A DNA stretch of 64,000 nt from Candidatus Doudnabacteria bacterium (lineage in GTDB: Bacteria; Patescibacteriota; Doudnabacteria; UBA920). The position numbers were made by a program, and so were the translations under genes. The notes under the pieces were generated by a model. The model was given only the letters and a program-made list of their open reading frames with translations. It was not told where the DNA came from and ran no database searches. This document shows, piece by piece, positions 47,107 to 57,462 of this stretch. Position 1 is the first letter of the stretch; each line of letters starts with the position of its first letter. The stretch lies in the NCBI GenBank assembly GCA_003151625.1, contig PLYC01000007.1, positions 81,181 through 145,180 of the forward strand. Reading direction: 5' to 3'.

Positions 47107-49062
47107 ATGCAAAATCCTTTTGAAATTTATACTAGCCTAAACGCCGATAACAAAAAAAAGCCTCTGGATTGGGAGGAGTCGGCTGTGGACGCCCAAAGTC
47201 CCGTAGACGATATCCATGACGCCGAACGCAGTGCCCCAAATCCCAGATGGCTGAAGCTTCTTTTGTTTGCCGCGTTGCTATTGCTCGGCGGCAGAATATT
47301 TTTTTTGCAAATAATTCAAGGGGCTAGTTTTCGGCAATTGGCCGATAACAACCAAATTCGCAGCCAGGTGGTTTTGGCGCCGCGCGGTTTAATAACAGAT
47401 TCCGGCGGCCAGGTTTTGGTTCAAAACGCGGCCAGCTTTAATTTAGTGGCTATCCCTTTTGATTTGCCCAAAAATAAGGACGGCCTGCAGCAGGAAGTAC
47501 AAAACTTAGCAAATAATTTTTTGTTAGACCAAAAGGATATAGATAAAAAATTGCAGAGTATAGACAAAAACTCAGTTGATCCGGTTGAAATCGAACAGGG
47601 GCTGACCAATGAACAGAGTATCTTATTTCAAACCATTGCCGGCCAGTTTCCCGGTTTTAAAGCTCAACAAATTCCAATTAGACAGTATCTTGACCCAAAT
47701 GCTTTTGCCGGCGTTTTGGGTTTTACCGGGTTAGTGTCCCCAGGGGATTTAACCGATCAAAATAAAGGTTTGTATGCCACAGTTGATTTTATCGGCAAAT
47801 CCGGCATAGAATCTTCATATGAAAAATATTTACACGGTACAAACGGAGCGGATATTATAGAAGTTGATGCGACCGGAAAATTTTTAAACGATTTGGGCGA
47901 AAACAGTCCCGCCCCCGGCAATAAATTGGTTTTAAACTTGGATAAAGGTCTGCAGGATCGTTTATACCAGGATTTGTCTACCATTAAATCACCCAAAGCG
48001 GCGGCGGTAGCCTTGGATCCACGCACCGGCGCGGTTTTGGCTTTGGTCAGTTTGCCGGGTTTTGACAACAATCTTTTTGCCGGAGGGATTAGCCAGCAGG
48101 ATTATCAAAAACTCATTAGCGATCCAAATTTGCCAATGTTCAATCGCGCGGTGGCCGGCCAATATCCGCCGGGTTCAACTTCCAAACTTATGTCAGCAAC
48201 AGCAGGGCTTTCGGAGGGGGTTATAAATCAAAATACAATTATAGTCGATAACGGCGATTTAGTTGTGCCCAACCAGTATGATTCTACCCAAAAGTATGAC
48301 TTCCGCGGCTGGAAACCCGGGGGGCTTGGTTCTATGAATGTCCGTAGCGCCATTGCCATGAGTTCCGATATATTTTTTTATGAAGTTGCCGGCGGTTCGC
48401 CCAACGGCTCTTTTTCCGGGCTTGGAGCCAATAAGCTGGCGGAATATTTTAGAAAGTTTGGTTTGGGAAAAGTTTTAGGAATAGATATTCCCGGGGAAGC
48501 AACCGGCCTGGTTCCAGACCCTAACTGGAAAATGTCTTATTATAAAAATGACCCTCTTTTAGGCAAATGGTATTTGGGTGATACTTATCATATGGGTATT
48601 GGTCAGGGTTTTGTCTTGGTTACGCCTTTGCAGGTGGCTGAATGGACAGCTATTGTCGCCAACGGCGGCGTGGGCTATGTTCCCCAAATTGCGCAAAAGT
48701 CCGTGGATCAAAATGGCCAGGTGGTCTGGCAAAATCAGCCAAAGGTTTTGGTCTCTAATATCGCTTCGCCTGATGTTTTTAAAATCGTTCAGGAAGGCAT
48801 GCGGCAGACGGTTACGGCCGGAACCGCCAAGCCGTTAAACAGTTTGCCCATTACCTCGGCCGGCAAAACCGGCACATCGCAGTTTGACGGCTCAAACCCC
48901 AGCCTCACTCACGCCTGGTTTACCGCTTACGCGCCCTATGAAAATCCTCAAATAGTGATTACCGTCCTGGTCGAAGCCGGCGGCGAAGGCAACGCCGTAG
49001 CCGAACCGGTAGTCAAAGACGCGCTACAGTGGTGGGCGGAGAATAGGTATAAAAAGAATTAA
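47107..49062 (+). CDS. mrdA: Penicillin-binding protein 2
   Basis: APRG.I.D, YPPGSTSK, SSD, KTGT. Confidence 0.93.
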   Translation: MQNPFEIYTSLNADNKKKPLDWEESAVDAQSPVDDIHDAERSAPNPRWLKLLLFAALLLLGGRIFFLQIIQGASFRQLADNNQIRSQVVLAPRGLITDSGGQVLVQNAASFNLVAIPFDLPKNKDGLQQEVQNLANNFLLDQKDIDKKLQSIDKNSVDPVEIEQGLTNEQSILFQTIAGQFPGFKAQQIPIRQYLDPNAFAGVLGFTGLVSPGDLTDQNKGLYATVDFIGKSGIESSYEKYLHGTNGADIIEVDATGKFLNDLGENSPAPGNKLVLNLDKGLQDRLYQDLSTIKSPKAAAVALDPRTGAVLALVSLPGFDNNLFAGGISQQDYQKLISDPNLPMFNRAVAGQYPPGSTSKLMSATAGLSEGVINQNTIIVDNGDLVVPNQYDSTQKYDFRGWKPGGLGSMNVRSAIAMSSDIFFYEVAGGSPNGSFSGLGANKLAEYFRKFGLGKVLGIDIPGEATGLVPDPNWKMSYYKNDPLLGKWYLGDTYHMGIGQGFVLVTPLQVAEWTAIVANGGVGYVPQIAQKSVDQNGQVVWQNQPKVLVSNIASPDVFKIVQEGMRQTVTAGTAKPLNSLPITSAGKTGTSQFDGSNPSLTHAWFTAYAPYENPQIVITVLVEAGGEGNAVAEPVVKDALQWWAENRYKKN

Positions 49063-49128
49063 GCAAATTGGTATTTTTTGAAAATGGCTTAATTTTAAGT
49101 ATTTTCAAAATTTATGGTATAATAAATT

Positions 49129-49962
49129 ATGTTAATTGACGGTAAAAAGGTAGCGGCTGAAATTCTGGATCAAGTTAAGAAAGAGGTTGGCGGTCTTCAT
49201 TTTCAACCAGTGTTTTGCGATATTTTAGTAGGGGACGATCCCGCGTCAAAACAGTATGTTGGGATGAAGGCAAAGGCTGCGGAAAAACTTGGGTTTAGGT
49301 TTCGGCCGGCCAATTATCCGTCTGACGTTTCAACAAATTACCTTATTGACGAAATCAAAAAAATTAGCCAGGAACCCAATATGTGCGGTTTAATTGTCCA
49401 GTTGCCATTGCCGTCAAGCATAGACAAACAGGCCGTGTTAGACGCTATTGATCCAAAAATTGACGTGGACTGCACCGGAAAAATTAATACCGATTTGTTT
49501 TATTCCGGAAAGGCGTACGTGGAATTCCCAACTGCCGCCGCTGTGATGGAGTTGCTCGACGACACTAAAATTAATCTTACAAATAAAAAATGTCTGGTCG
49601 TAGGATTTGGCCAGCTCGTGGGCAGGCCGGTGAGTTTTTTATTACAGCAAAGAGGTTTGCATGTGGATGTTGCGCGAAGTAAAACGGAAAATATTTTAGA
49701 GTTAATTAAAAATGCCGATGTCATAGTTTCGGCCGTAGGCAAATCTAAATTAATTACCGGCGAAAAAATCAAGCCCGGGTCAATAATAATCGATGCCGGA
49801 ACTTCGGAGAGCGATGGAGGCATAGTCGGCGATGTGGATTTAGGTTCAGTAAAGGATGTAGCCGGTTTTATTTCCCCGGTGCCTGGTGGGGTTGGGCCAG
49901 TAACGGTGGCGAAGCTGTTGGCCAATGTGCTAAAGGTCGCAAAAAAGATAGTTCAAATTTAA
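49129..49962 (+). CDS. folD: Methylene-THF dehydrogenase/cyclohydrolase
   Basis: IDGK, VGDDPAS..YV, VQLPLP, PVPGGVGP.TVA. Confidence 0.95.
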   Translation: MLIDGKKVAAEILDQVKKEVGGLHFQPVFCDILVGDDPASKQYVGMKAKAAEKLGFRFRPANYPSDVSTNYLIDEIKKISQEPNMCGLIVQLPLPSSIDKQAVLDAIDPKIDVDCTGKINTDLFYSGKAYVEFPTAAAVMELLDDTKINLTNKKCLVVGFGQLVGRPVSFLLQQRGLHVDVARSKTENILELIKNADVIVSAVGKSKLITGEKIKPGSIIIDAGTSESDGGIVGDVDLGSVKDVAGFISPVPGGVGPVTVAKLLANVLKVAKKIVQI

Positions 49963-50038
49963 CTAATAATAAAATCAGATAGCCGGATTAATCGGAAATT
50001 CCGATTTTCCGACCTCCGATTCATCCGACACTCCGGCA

Positions 50039-50980
50039 ATGTCCGAAACAAACACACAAAATCCAAATATCGGATCGGAAAAACAATACCGCGTGTACCG
50101 GGGTTTTTCCATAGTATGGCTAAAAACCCTGCGGCTTATGAATTTGGTTTTAAATTTTTTTAGCCTAAAACAGCCCACACAATTTTGGGGAATTGTATAT
50201 GACAGCGTCAGCAAACAGCCGCTAGATCCGGTTATAGTTAAATTAATGTATGTGGATGGTCGTGAAGTGGAAACCTGTGTTACCGATATGGCGGGACGCT
50301 ACGGTTTTTTGGCGCGTCCAGGGAAATTTAAAATTTATGTCCGCAAAACCAATTATTTATTTCCGTCCAGGCTGGTCGCGGGCGATTCGGACGGAATTTA
50401 TGTAAATCTCTATCACGGAGAATTTTTTACCTGTTATCAGGACTACGAGGTTGTTGCGCCAAATATTCCCATGGATCCGGCAGCAACCGACTGGAATCAA
50501 ACGGCCAAGCTGGCGGTTATAAATAATTCCCCCTATTTAAAATATCTTTTAAAAATATTAGTGGCCATAATTTTTTGGTTCGGCTTTATTTTGGAAGCTA
50601 TCTTTATTTTTAAAACCTTTCCTCATATCCCAATAATTTTTTACATTATTGCCGGCGTGTATTTATTATTGCTGGGGTTTTCTACAGTTATGCCGGACGC
50701 CAGGCTATGGGGTAAAGTAAAAACCAATATTGTTTTGGCTCAGGGGGAAAGTTTATATTTAGAGTTACGGGATCGCAATTTGTCCGGGATTTGTTTTGGC
50801 AAAGCCAAAGTAAAAGATGATGGAAAGTTCCTTTTAAGATCCAACAAAGGGGATTATAGTCTTTTTGTCAGCAAAATCATTAAAGGAGGGACCGCACAGT
50901 TTTTGGGAAGTACGAAGGTTCGAATTGGGGGGGAAGGGGTGTTTAACGGAACGATATTGGTTAGTTTCCTAAAACCTTGA
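50039..50980 (+). CDS. Membrane protein with carboxypeptidase-regulatory-like (Ig) domains
   Basis: WGIVYDSVSKQPLDP, VTD..GRYGFL..PG, two central TM. Confidence 0.7.
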   Translation: MSETNTQNPNIGSEKQYRVYRGFSIVWLKTLRLMNLVLNFFSLKQPTQFWGIVYDSVSKQPLDPVIVKLMYVDGREVETCVTDMAGRYGFLARPGKFKIYVRKTNYLFPSRLVAGDSDGIYVNLYHGEFFTCYQDYEVVAPNIPMDPAATDWNQTAKLAVINNSPYLKYLLKILVAIIFWFGFILEAIFIFKTFPHIPIIFYIIAGVYLLLLGFSTVMPDARLWGKVKTNIVLAQGESLYLELRDRNLSGICFGKAKVKDDGKFLLRSNKGDYSLFVSKIIKGGTAQFLGSTKVRIGGEGVFNGTILVSFLKP

Positions 50981-50999
50981 AATATGTTATAATATCTGT

Positions 51000-51401
51000 A
51001 TGGAAAATTCTGAGAAAAAAGTTTTAGTCGTGGAAGACGACGTTGACTTACGCAATATATTGGTTGACGGTTTAAGCCTTTCTAACTATAAAATTATGCA
51101 GGCAGGCGACGGAGAACAGGCTGTAGAGCTTATTGTAGATTCCCTGCCGGACTTAATTTTGTTGGATTTACTTTTGCCCAAACTTGATGGTTTTAAAGTA
51201 TTGGAAAGGCTTAGGCAGTATCCGGACAAAAATGTCGCTCAAATTAAAGTTGTGGTTTTAAGCAATCTTTGGAGCGACAAAGATATTTTGCGCGCGCAAG
51301 CCTTAAAAGTGGACGAATACTTTGTAAAGGCAAACACTAACTTAGAGGACGTATTTAACAAAGTAAAAATTATTTTAAGTAATACGCGGAATGCCCAGTA
51401 A
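51000..51401 (+). CDS. Single-domain response regulator (REC)
   Basis: VEDD, LLDLLLPKLDG, LSN, YFVK. Confidence 0.92.
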   Translation: MENSEKKVLVVEDDVDLRNILVDGLSLSNYKIMQAGDGEQAVELIVDSLPDLILLDLLLPKLDGFKVLERLRQYPDKNVAQIKVVVLSNLWSDKDILRAQALKVDEYFVKANTNLEDVFNKVKIILSNTRNAQ

Positions 51402-51634
51402 ATTTTTTGGGGTTCGGATGCTGCCAAATGGTCTTTTTGGCTGACATATGGCCGCCTTTTGTCAGCTTGACAAAATTAAGCCAGTTTAGTATTATATTTC
51501 TATAAAGGCCGCAAGGGCCTTTTAAAAAAGACTACAAAAACTGCAGAAGTTAAACACTACAAATGCCTGCAGAAGAAGGCATTGGGCGGTTTCTGTAGTT
51601 ATCTGTAGATTTGTATTAATATTTTTGTAGATAT

Positions 51635-51811
51635 ATGTTTCAATTTTTTGTAGAAGTTAAAAATGAACTGGCCAAGGTAGTCTGGCCAACCCGCAACGAC
51701 ACTTTTAAGTATACGCTCACTGTTATTATTTTCAGTATAGTCATAGCCGCCCTTTTAGGAGCTTTTGACTATCTTTTGTTTATAATTTTCCAGGCAATAA
51801 TAAATAGATAA
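51635..51811 (+). CDS. secE: Preprotein translocase SecE (58 aa, not in the ORF track)
   Basis: MFQFFVEVKNELAKVVWPTRND..LLGAFD; upstream of nusG. Confidence 0.92.
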   Translation: MFQFFVEVKNELAKVVWPTRNDTFKYTLTVIIFSIVIAALLGAFDYLLFIIFQAIINR

Positions 51812-51872
51812 ACACGGATTTTGGTATTGGTGTTAATTGGTTAACTATTCGTGAATATCAGTTTGGTTTTAT

Positions 51873-52418
51873 ATGCTTCCACCTGGACACATTGCCGCCG
51901 GATTTTTAACAGCCGAAGCTCTTTTACACTTTACCCATCCCAGCTTAATCGCGTCCCAGCAAACCCATTTGCTTTGGTGGGGAATGTTCTTTAGTTTTGC
52001 GCCGGACTTGGATATGTTTTACAGCTTCGCCAGGGAAAAGGCCTTTGAGGTGAGAGATTTTAAAAAGAATAACCACCGGAAGTTTATCAGCCATGCGCCC
52101 TTGCTCTGGATGCTGGGCGGACTCGCAATTTATTTTATTAGCGGTTCCGAATATTTTAAAATTCTTGGTTTGCTGTTATGGCTGTGCAGCTGGAGTCATT
52201 TTATTTTAGACTCTATCGAATACGGGATTATGTGGCTGTGGCCGTTTAGCAAAAGAAGTTGGGCGCTAAAAGATCCCGCGGTAGACAAGGAAAACAATGG
52301 TGAAAACTTTTTTAAGTATTGGTTGAATTTTCTTAAGTCTTACAGTAAAACCTGGACATTTTACGCAGAAATAATTATTTTAATATCATCCTTATTTTTT
52401 CTAATTACTATTCACTAA
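51873..52418 (+). CDS. YdjM/DUF457-like metal-dependent membrane hydrolase
   Basis: GH, PDLD, HRKFISH, SHFILD, LWPF. Confidence 0.8.
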   Translation: MLPPGHIAAGFLTAEALLHFTHPSLIASQQTHLLWWGMFFSFAPDLDMFYSFAREKAFEVRDFKKNNHRKFISHAPLLWMLGGLAIYFISGSEYFKILGLLLWLCSWSHFILDSIEYGIMWLWPFSKRSWALKDPAVDKENNGENFFKYWLNFLKSYSKTWTFYAEIIILISSLFFLITIH

Positions 52419-52437
52419 GCACTAACCACTAACTTTT

Positions 52438-52983
52438 ATGGCCAGACAGCAAGTTACCGGCGAAAGACATTGGTATGTATTGCATACTTACAGCGGATAC
52501 GAAGATAGCGTTGCTTTTAACCTCAAGCAGCGTATTGAAAGCATGGGTATGCAGGACAAAATTTTTGAAGCTATGGTACCCAAGGAAAAAAAGATTAAGA
52601 TTAAAGACGGCAAACGCACCACTTTTGAGGAAAAGATTTTCCCCGGATATGTTTTAATAGATATGATAGTTACCGATGATTCCTGGTATGTTGTGCGCAA
52701 TACCCCTAACGTTACCGGATTTGTGGGCAGCGGTACCATCCCTTCGCCAATAGACGATGAAGAGCTGGCTTATTTGAAAAAGCGCATGGGCGCGGACGAA
52801 CCAAAGTATAAAGTGGAATTCCAGGCAGGGGATTTGGTTAAAATCCAGGACGGTCCTTTTAAGGAATACGAAGGCAAAGTCGGCAGCTTGGATGAACAGC
52901 ACGGCAAAGTAAAAGTAATGGTCACCATCTTCGGTCGCGAAACCCCGGTTGAATTGGATTTTTTGCAGGTTAAAAAAATGTAG
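52438..52983 (+). CDS. nusG: Transcription factor NusG
   Basis: WYVLHTYSGYE, FPGYV, VRNTPNVTGFVG, KOW, IFGRETPVEL. Confidence 0.98.
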   Translation: MARQQVTGERHWYVLHTYSGYEDSVAFNLKQRIESMGMQDKIFEAMVPKEKKIKIKDGKRTTFEEKIFPGYVLIDMIVTDDSWYVVRNTPNVTGFVGSGTIPSPIDDEELAYLKKRMGADEPKYKVEFQAGDLVKIQDGPFKEYEGKVGSLDEQHGKVKVMVTIFGRETPVELDFLQVKKM

Positions 52984-53110
52984 ACCGCTGAATAGTCTCT
53001 GATATGTACGCTGATTATGTCGCTGAATCTTCAGTTGTCATCCCGGAATTTTTTGCGCTGATGGATATCACAAGCCGCAAAAATATCCGGGAGCTAGAAA
53101 TAAGTAACTT

Positions 53111-53371
53111 ATGAATAAAACATTTTCCAACATCGCGTATATTTGCGGCTTAATTATAGGCTTGGTACTTGTTTACAATAGCGCACTTGCCCAGCCGAAT
53201 ATTGGTAATGGTATTGGAGAGGTGTTTCAGTCACAATTTGACAGAATTTTTGGGTTTGTCATTGGTGGAATAATGATTTTTGCTTTTTCAATATTTTTGG
53301 TCGGTAGAATTTTGGAATCTTATTATAAGAATAAGAAATCAACCGACCAAGAGCAAAAGGTTGCTAAATAA
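53111..53371 (+). CDS. Small two-TM hypothetical protein
   Basis: 86 aa with two hydrophobic segments. Confidence 0.55.
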   Translation: MNKTFSNIAYICGLIIGLVLVYNSALAQPNIGNGIGEVFQSQFDRIFGFVIGGIMIFAFSIFLVGRILESYYKNKKSTDQEQKVAK

Positions 53372-53492
53372 TTTTATTCCTGCTTCATAACTCGCGCTTC
53401 TCGAATTATGAAATTTGAATAAAATATTAATTTAGAGCCAGTTCATGTCCGGTTTGGATCTTGAATCTTGGTTCTTGGATCTTATTACATTT

Positions 53493-53915
53493 ATGGCTAA
53501 GAAAGTAAAAATAGTATTAAAACTCCAGCTTCCTGCAGGCAAGGCTACCCCGGCACCGCCGGTAGGTACGGCTCTTGGGCCTCACGGCGTGAACATTGCC
53601 GCGTTCGTCAAGGAATTTAACGACAAAACCCAAGGCGGGGATATGCTTATCCCGGTCCTTATGACCATTTTTGAGGACAGGTCTTTTAGTTTTATTCTCA
53701 AAACCCCTCCGGCTTCCAACTTAATTATGAAGGCTATTGGTTTGGCAAAAGGTTCCGCGAATCCTTTAACCACAAAGGTCGGGAAAATAACCGCCAAACA
53801 AATTAAGGAAATCGCGGAAAAGAAAATGCAGGACTTAAACGCCAACGACCTCGCCGCGGCCGAAAACATTATCCGCGGGACATGCAGGAGTATGGGTGTA
53901 GAGGTCATAGATTAA
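53493..53915 (+). CDS. rplK: 50S ribosomal protein L11
   Basis: [26 protein letters not shown]; ATG at 53493. Confidence 0.98.
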   Translation: MAKKVKIVLKLQLPAGKATPAPPVGTALGPHGVNIAAFVKEFNDKTQGGDMLIPVLMTIFEDRSFSFILKTPPASNLIMKAIGLAKGSANPLTTKVGKITAKQIKEIAEKKMQDLNANDLAAAENIIRGTCRSMGVEVID

Positions 53916-54022
53916 GTAAAATTAATTAAAAATAAATAAAATTAAGTAAAATTAAGTAAAATTTACTGCGGATAATTTTGGTCAATTTTACTTAATCATG
54001 GTCAATTTTATTTAATAAATTT

Positions 54023-54781
54023 ATGGACATCATCTCGTTACTTGTTATTATTTTTGTCTTCATCGTCCTTCCCGGTTTCCGCGTAATTCAGCAGTACCAA
54101 AAAGGCGCGGTGTTTCGTTTCGGCAAAATCACAGGCATTAAAGAGCCGGGGTTGACCTGGATAATTCCTTATATTGAATGGGTAAGAAAAGTGGACTTAC
54201 GAACCATAACCCTGCCTATTCCGCCCCAGAAAATTATTACTAAAGACAACGTTTCCGTGGATATATCGGCTGTGGCTTATTACCAGATTGTCGATGTTGT
54301 TAAAAGCATTGTCGCCATAGAAAACGTAATGTCGGCAATTAACCAAATTTCGCAAACTACCATCCGCAATATTGTCGGCAAGTTCCAGCTGGATGAAATT
54401 CTTTCCGAGAGAGTCACTATAAACCAGGAAATCCGCGATGTACTTGATACTCACACGGAGCCCTGGGGCGTAATTGTTTCGCTGGTGGAAATCAAAGATA
54501 TTGAACTGCCGGAAAATATGCAACGGGCCATGGCCAAGCAGGCTGAAGCCGAACGCGAAAAGCGCGCGAAAATTATTGCCGCCGAAGGTGAATTTTTATC
54601 GGCTCAAAAATTGGCCGATGCCGCGGACGTAATAGCCATGCACCCGATAGCTTTACAGTTGCGCAACCTCCAGACAATGGCCGAGATTTCCGTGGAAAAG
54701 AATTCCACAATTATCTTCCCGGCGCAGTTTATGAGCACTATTGATGATATTAAGAAGTTTTTGGATAAAGAAAAAATATAA
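54023..54781 (+). CDS. SPFH/stomatin (slipin) family protein
   Basis: VDLR, ITKDNV, MQRAMAKQAEAEREKRAKIIAAEGE. Confidence 0.92.
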   Translation: MDIISLLVIIFVFIVLPGFRVIQQYQKGAVFRFGKITGIKEPGLTWIIPYIEWVRKVDLRTITLPIPPQKIITKDNVSVDISAVAYYQIVDVVKSIVAIENVMSAINQISQTTIRNIVGKFQLDEILSERVTINQEIRDVLDTHTEPWGVIVSLVEIKDIELPENMQRAMAKQAEAEREKRAKIIAAEGEFLSAQKLADAADVIAMHPIALQLRNLQTMAEISVEKNSTIIFPAQFMSTIDDIKKFLDKEKI

Positions 54782-54859
54782 TTAACGATCACAGATCTGG
54801 CACAGATGTCGCTGATTACCGCGATTAGCGCCATCAGCGAAATCTGCGATTAATATTAT

Positions 54860-55195
54860 ATGAGCCTAAAAAAAGCTTATCTCTACCTGGTTTCCACTAT
54901 TGCTTTAGTCATCACGGTCATTGGCGCGATTATGATAATAAATTTGGGGCTTAAAGCCTGGGTCTTTACCAAGGCAGACCAGAATTATTACCCCTACCCT
55001 TGTACCCAGCCTGTAGCTGACGTGAGCGGCAAATCCGTTCCTTGCGATCAGGCAACTATTGACGCACAAAAGAAACAGGCCCAAGACAATCAAGCCTCCC
55101 AAAGGCAAAACACCGCTGCCCAAGCCCTGGCTATGATAATAGTAGCCACGCCGGTTTGGTGGTTCCACTGGAGACTGGCGAAAAGAGAACAGTAA
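54860..55195 (+). CDS. DUF5671-like small membrane protein
   Basis: YLYLVS..ALAMIIVATPVWWFHW. Confidence 0.7.
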   Translation: MSLKKAYLYLVSTIALVITVIGAIMIINLGLKAWVFTKADQNYYPYPCTQPVADVSGKSVPCDQATIDAQKKQAQDNQASQRQNTAAQALAMIIVATPVWWFHWRLAKREQ

Positions 55196-55208
55196 TTTTG
55201 TATAAAGT

Positions 55209-55418
55209 ATGACTTTAGGAAGAGAAACTTTAAACGGAAGTTTGTTTGAGGAATATAAAACTCGGATAGACGCCGCCCAAACCACAGAGGATTTGGCTGA
55301 TATTATTGCCGGAGTTGAAAATCCTGCCGATCGCGAAAAAGTTATGTACGCGGCGGCGAGGAGGCATAATTTAATGTTGACCAGAAAAGTTGAGGGGATT
55401 TTAAAAAATAATAAATAA
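55209..55418 (+). CDS. Small hypothetical protein
   Basis: 69-aa ORF within the operon. Confidence 0.45.
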   Translation: MTLGRETLNGSLFEEYKTRIDAAQTTEDLADIIAGVENPADREKVMYAAARRHNLMLTRKVEGILKNNK

Positions 55419-55421
55419 TTT

Positions 55422-55479
55422 GTGGGAGAACCATCACTGGATTACTTTTTTGTAATACAGTAAGATTCATTCGTACCAC
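55422..55479 (+). promoter_or_regulatory. L1-binding autoregulatory mRNA element upstream of rplA
   Basis: GTGGGAG...ACCAC closing stem with an internal hairpin just before the rplA SD. Confidence 0.55.
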
Positions 55480-55495
55480 GAAAGGAAATCATCAT

Positions 55496-56179
55496 ATGAC
55501 AAAAATTGCCAAGAGAGTTAAAGCCAATAACGAGTTGGTTGATGTAAATAAAGTTTACACACCGGAGGAAGCCATTGAACTCGCCAAAAAGACCGCTAAT
55601 ACCAAATTTGTCGGCTCTTTAGAGGTTCATATTCATACGCTAATAGACGCCAAAAAGACTGACCAGTCTGTTCGCGGCACGGTTAGCCTGCCTCATGGTT
55701 CGGGCAAAACCAAAAAGGTCGCGGCCTTTGTTACCGAATCCAAGGAAAAGGAAGCCAAAGACGCAGGGGCGTTTGTAGTTGGCGGCGAAGAACTTATTAA
55801 AAAGATTAAAGAGACTGAAAAAACCGACTTCGACGTTGCCGTGGCGGAACCTGCCTTAATGCCAAAATTAGCCCAAATAGCCAAGATTTTAGGTACCCGC
55901 GGCCTTATGCCCAACCCCAAAACCGGCACGGTAGGAGCCAACGTAGGAGCTTTAATTAAAGAAATTGCCGGCGGCAAGGTCAACTTTAAAAATGACGACA
56001 GCGGTAATATCCATCAAATAATCGGCAAAAGCAACTTTGACAGTAAAGCGCTTTTGGAAAATTTAAAAGTTCTAAATCAAGCCGTACTGCAAAGCAAGCC
56101 AACTACAGTAAAGGGACAGTTTATTGCATCGATTTCAATAAATTCCACAATGGGTCCGGGAATTAAGGTCAAGTTATAA
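55496..56179 (+). CDS. rplA: 50S ribosomal protein L1
   Basis: VRGTVSLPHGSGK, LGTRGLMPNPKTGT, STMGPG. Confidence 0.98.
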   Translation: MTKIAKRVKANNELVDVNKVYTPEEAIELAKKTANTKFVGSLEVHIHTLIDAKKTDQSVRGTVSLPHGSGKTKKVAAFVTESKEKEAKDAGAFVVGGEELIKKIKETEKTDFDVAVAEPALMPKLAQIAKILGTRGLMPNPKTGTVGANVGALIKEIAGGKVNFKNDDSGNIHQIIGKSNFDSKALLENLKVLNQAVLQSKPTTVKGQFIASISINSTMGPGIKVKL

Positions 56180-56316
56180 AGTTTTTAATGTTTTTAAAGT
56201 TATAAAGTAAAAAACACTTCCGATGTGTGTGCAATGGAAGTGTTTTTTTGGTATACTATAAAAGGAATAAATGGGTGTTTGAAACTTTATAACTTTACAA
56301 ACTTTATAATTCCCTT

Positions 56317-56754
56317 ATGTTTGATGAAATGTTTAAAAAAGTTTTAATTATAGAGGATGATTTGGATTTTCGCGATTCCCTGCGAGACAGCTTGTCGGCG
56401 CAAAATTTTGCGGTCAGTACGGCTGATGACGGCGAGCAGGCAATGGAGAGGCTGTTGGCGCATAGGCCCGATGTGGTTATTTTAGATTTGCTGTTGCCCA
56501 AAGTCCACGGGTTTGAAGTATTAAAAAGAATTCGCGCCTATCCGGAAGAAATTTTGGCAAAAACGCCGGTGGTAATTTTGAGCAATCTTTCCAGCCAGAC
56601 CGATGTTGAAAAGGGTCAGGAGCTGGGGGCCAATGCCTATTTTGTTAAAAGCCGGACTAAAAATCAGGAGGTGGTAAATAAGGTTAAAGAAATCCTGTTT
56701 GGCAGTGCGAACGTTAAGACCGAAGAAGTTTGGGATTTTACCAAGGACGCTTAA
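56317..56754 (+). CDS. Single-domain response regulator (REC)
   Basis: IEDD, LDLLLPKVHG, LSN, YFVK; paralog of 51000. Confidence 0.92.
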   Translation: MFDEMFKKVLIIEDDLDFRDSLRDSLSAQNFAVSTADDGEQAMERLLAHRPDVVILDLLLPKVHGFEVLKRIRAYPEEILAKTPVVILSNLSSQTDVEKGQELGANAYFVKSRTKNQEVVNKVKEILFGSANVKTEEVWDFTKDA

Positions 56755-56812
56755 AAAAGTTTTTATATAAAAATTGATTCCGTTTAGTTTTTTGCCATCA
56801 TGAACCCCTGTA

Positions 56813-56851
56813 GTTTCCCCTCCCTTAACGGGAGGGGCTAGGGGGAGGGTG
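56813..56851. repeat. Family A palindromic repeat
   Basis: gtttcccctcccttaacgggaggggctagggggagggtg. Confidence 0.85.
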
Positions 56852-56960
56852 TAATACGATTTGAATAAAGAAAGGTGATGGGGTTTAGCGCAGTCTAAAC
56901 CCCTTGAGCGTGTAACTAACGGCAGAAAAGCTCTGCGGCCATTGGTTACGAAGAGCGAAA

Positions 56961-57179
56961 TCAGCACCAGACGCGTTGCGGTTTGCGGGTCAGTTCTGGC
57001 GGGGGAGTCGGCAGTGGGAGCCTTTTCCGCAGCCGTGTAAGGCGGGCTGTCAGTACGTTGATTTCCACCTGGAGACCTGGGATTTTTTTCGCGTCCCCTC
57101 CCAGACTTTGCGCCTTGAGACGCTCCTTGTGTAGGTCATCAAGGTTTTGTTGAAGAATCTCTACAACTCTTTTTGTCAT
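56961..57179 (-). CDS. Small coiled-coil hypothetical protein
   Basis: 72 aa; SD AGGAGG upstream. Confidence 0.55.
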   Translation of the reverse strand: MTKRVVEILQQNLDDLHKERLKAQSLGGDAKKIPGLQVEINVLTARLTRLRKRLPLPTPPPELTRKPQRVWC

Positions 57180-57233
57180 TGCCCCTCCTATGGGTTATTT
57201 TTGCCGGTGACGCCGGGCAATTATGGTTTATGG

Positions 57234-57395
57234 TTAAACTCCGAAAAAGTTCAGTCCGCCTGAGAAGGCGAAAGAATATTCCGCGAAGTTGTTGGCCGCT
57301 TTTTGGGCGGCGGAAACGTTGACGGACGGCTCAACAGCCGTCACTTGGTCGGAACCCGCAACGGAGTTCTTTTCAAGATTTTGGTCTTGGGCCAT
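57234..57395 (-). CDS. Small hypothetical protein (53 aa)
   Basis: MAQDQNLEKN..GGLNFFGV, first ORF after the Ile attenuator. Confidence 0.45.
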   Translation of the reverse strand: MAQDQNLEKNSVAGSDQVTAVEPSVNVSAAQKAANNFAEYSFAFSGGLNFFGV

Positions 57396-57462
57396 AATTG
57401 AATCCTGCCTTGTGGGCAAGAGACTGGTTTTACCAATCTTTTGCCAGCAAAGCGGTTTGTCC

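Noticed and set aside
57234-57300. AANNFAEYSFAF resembling a tmRNA tag
   Set aside because: The frame continues past the motif, and I could not find tmRNA tRNA-like ends or pseudoknots nearby.
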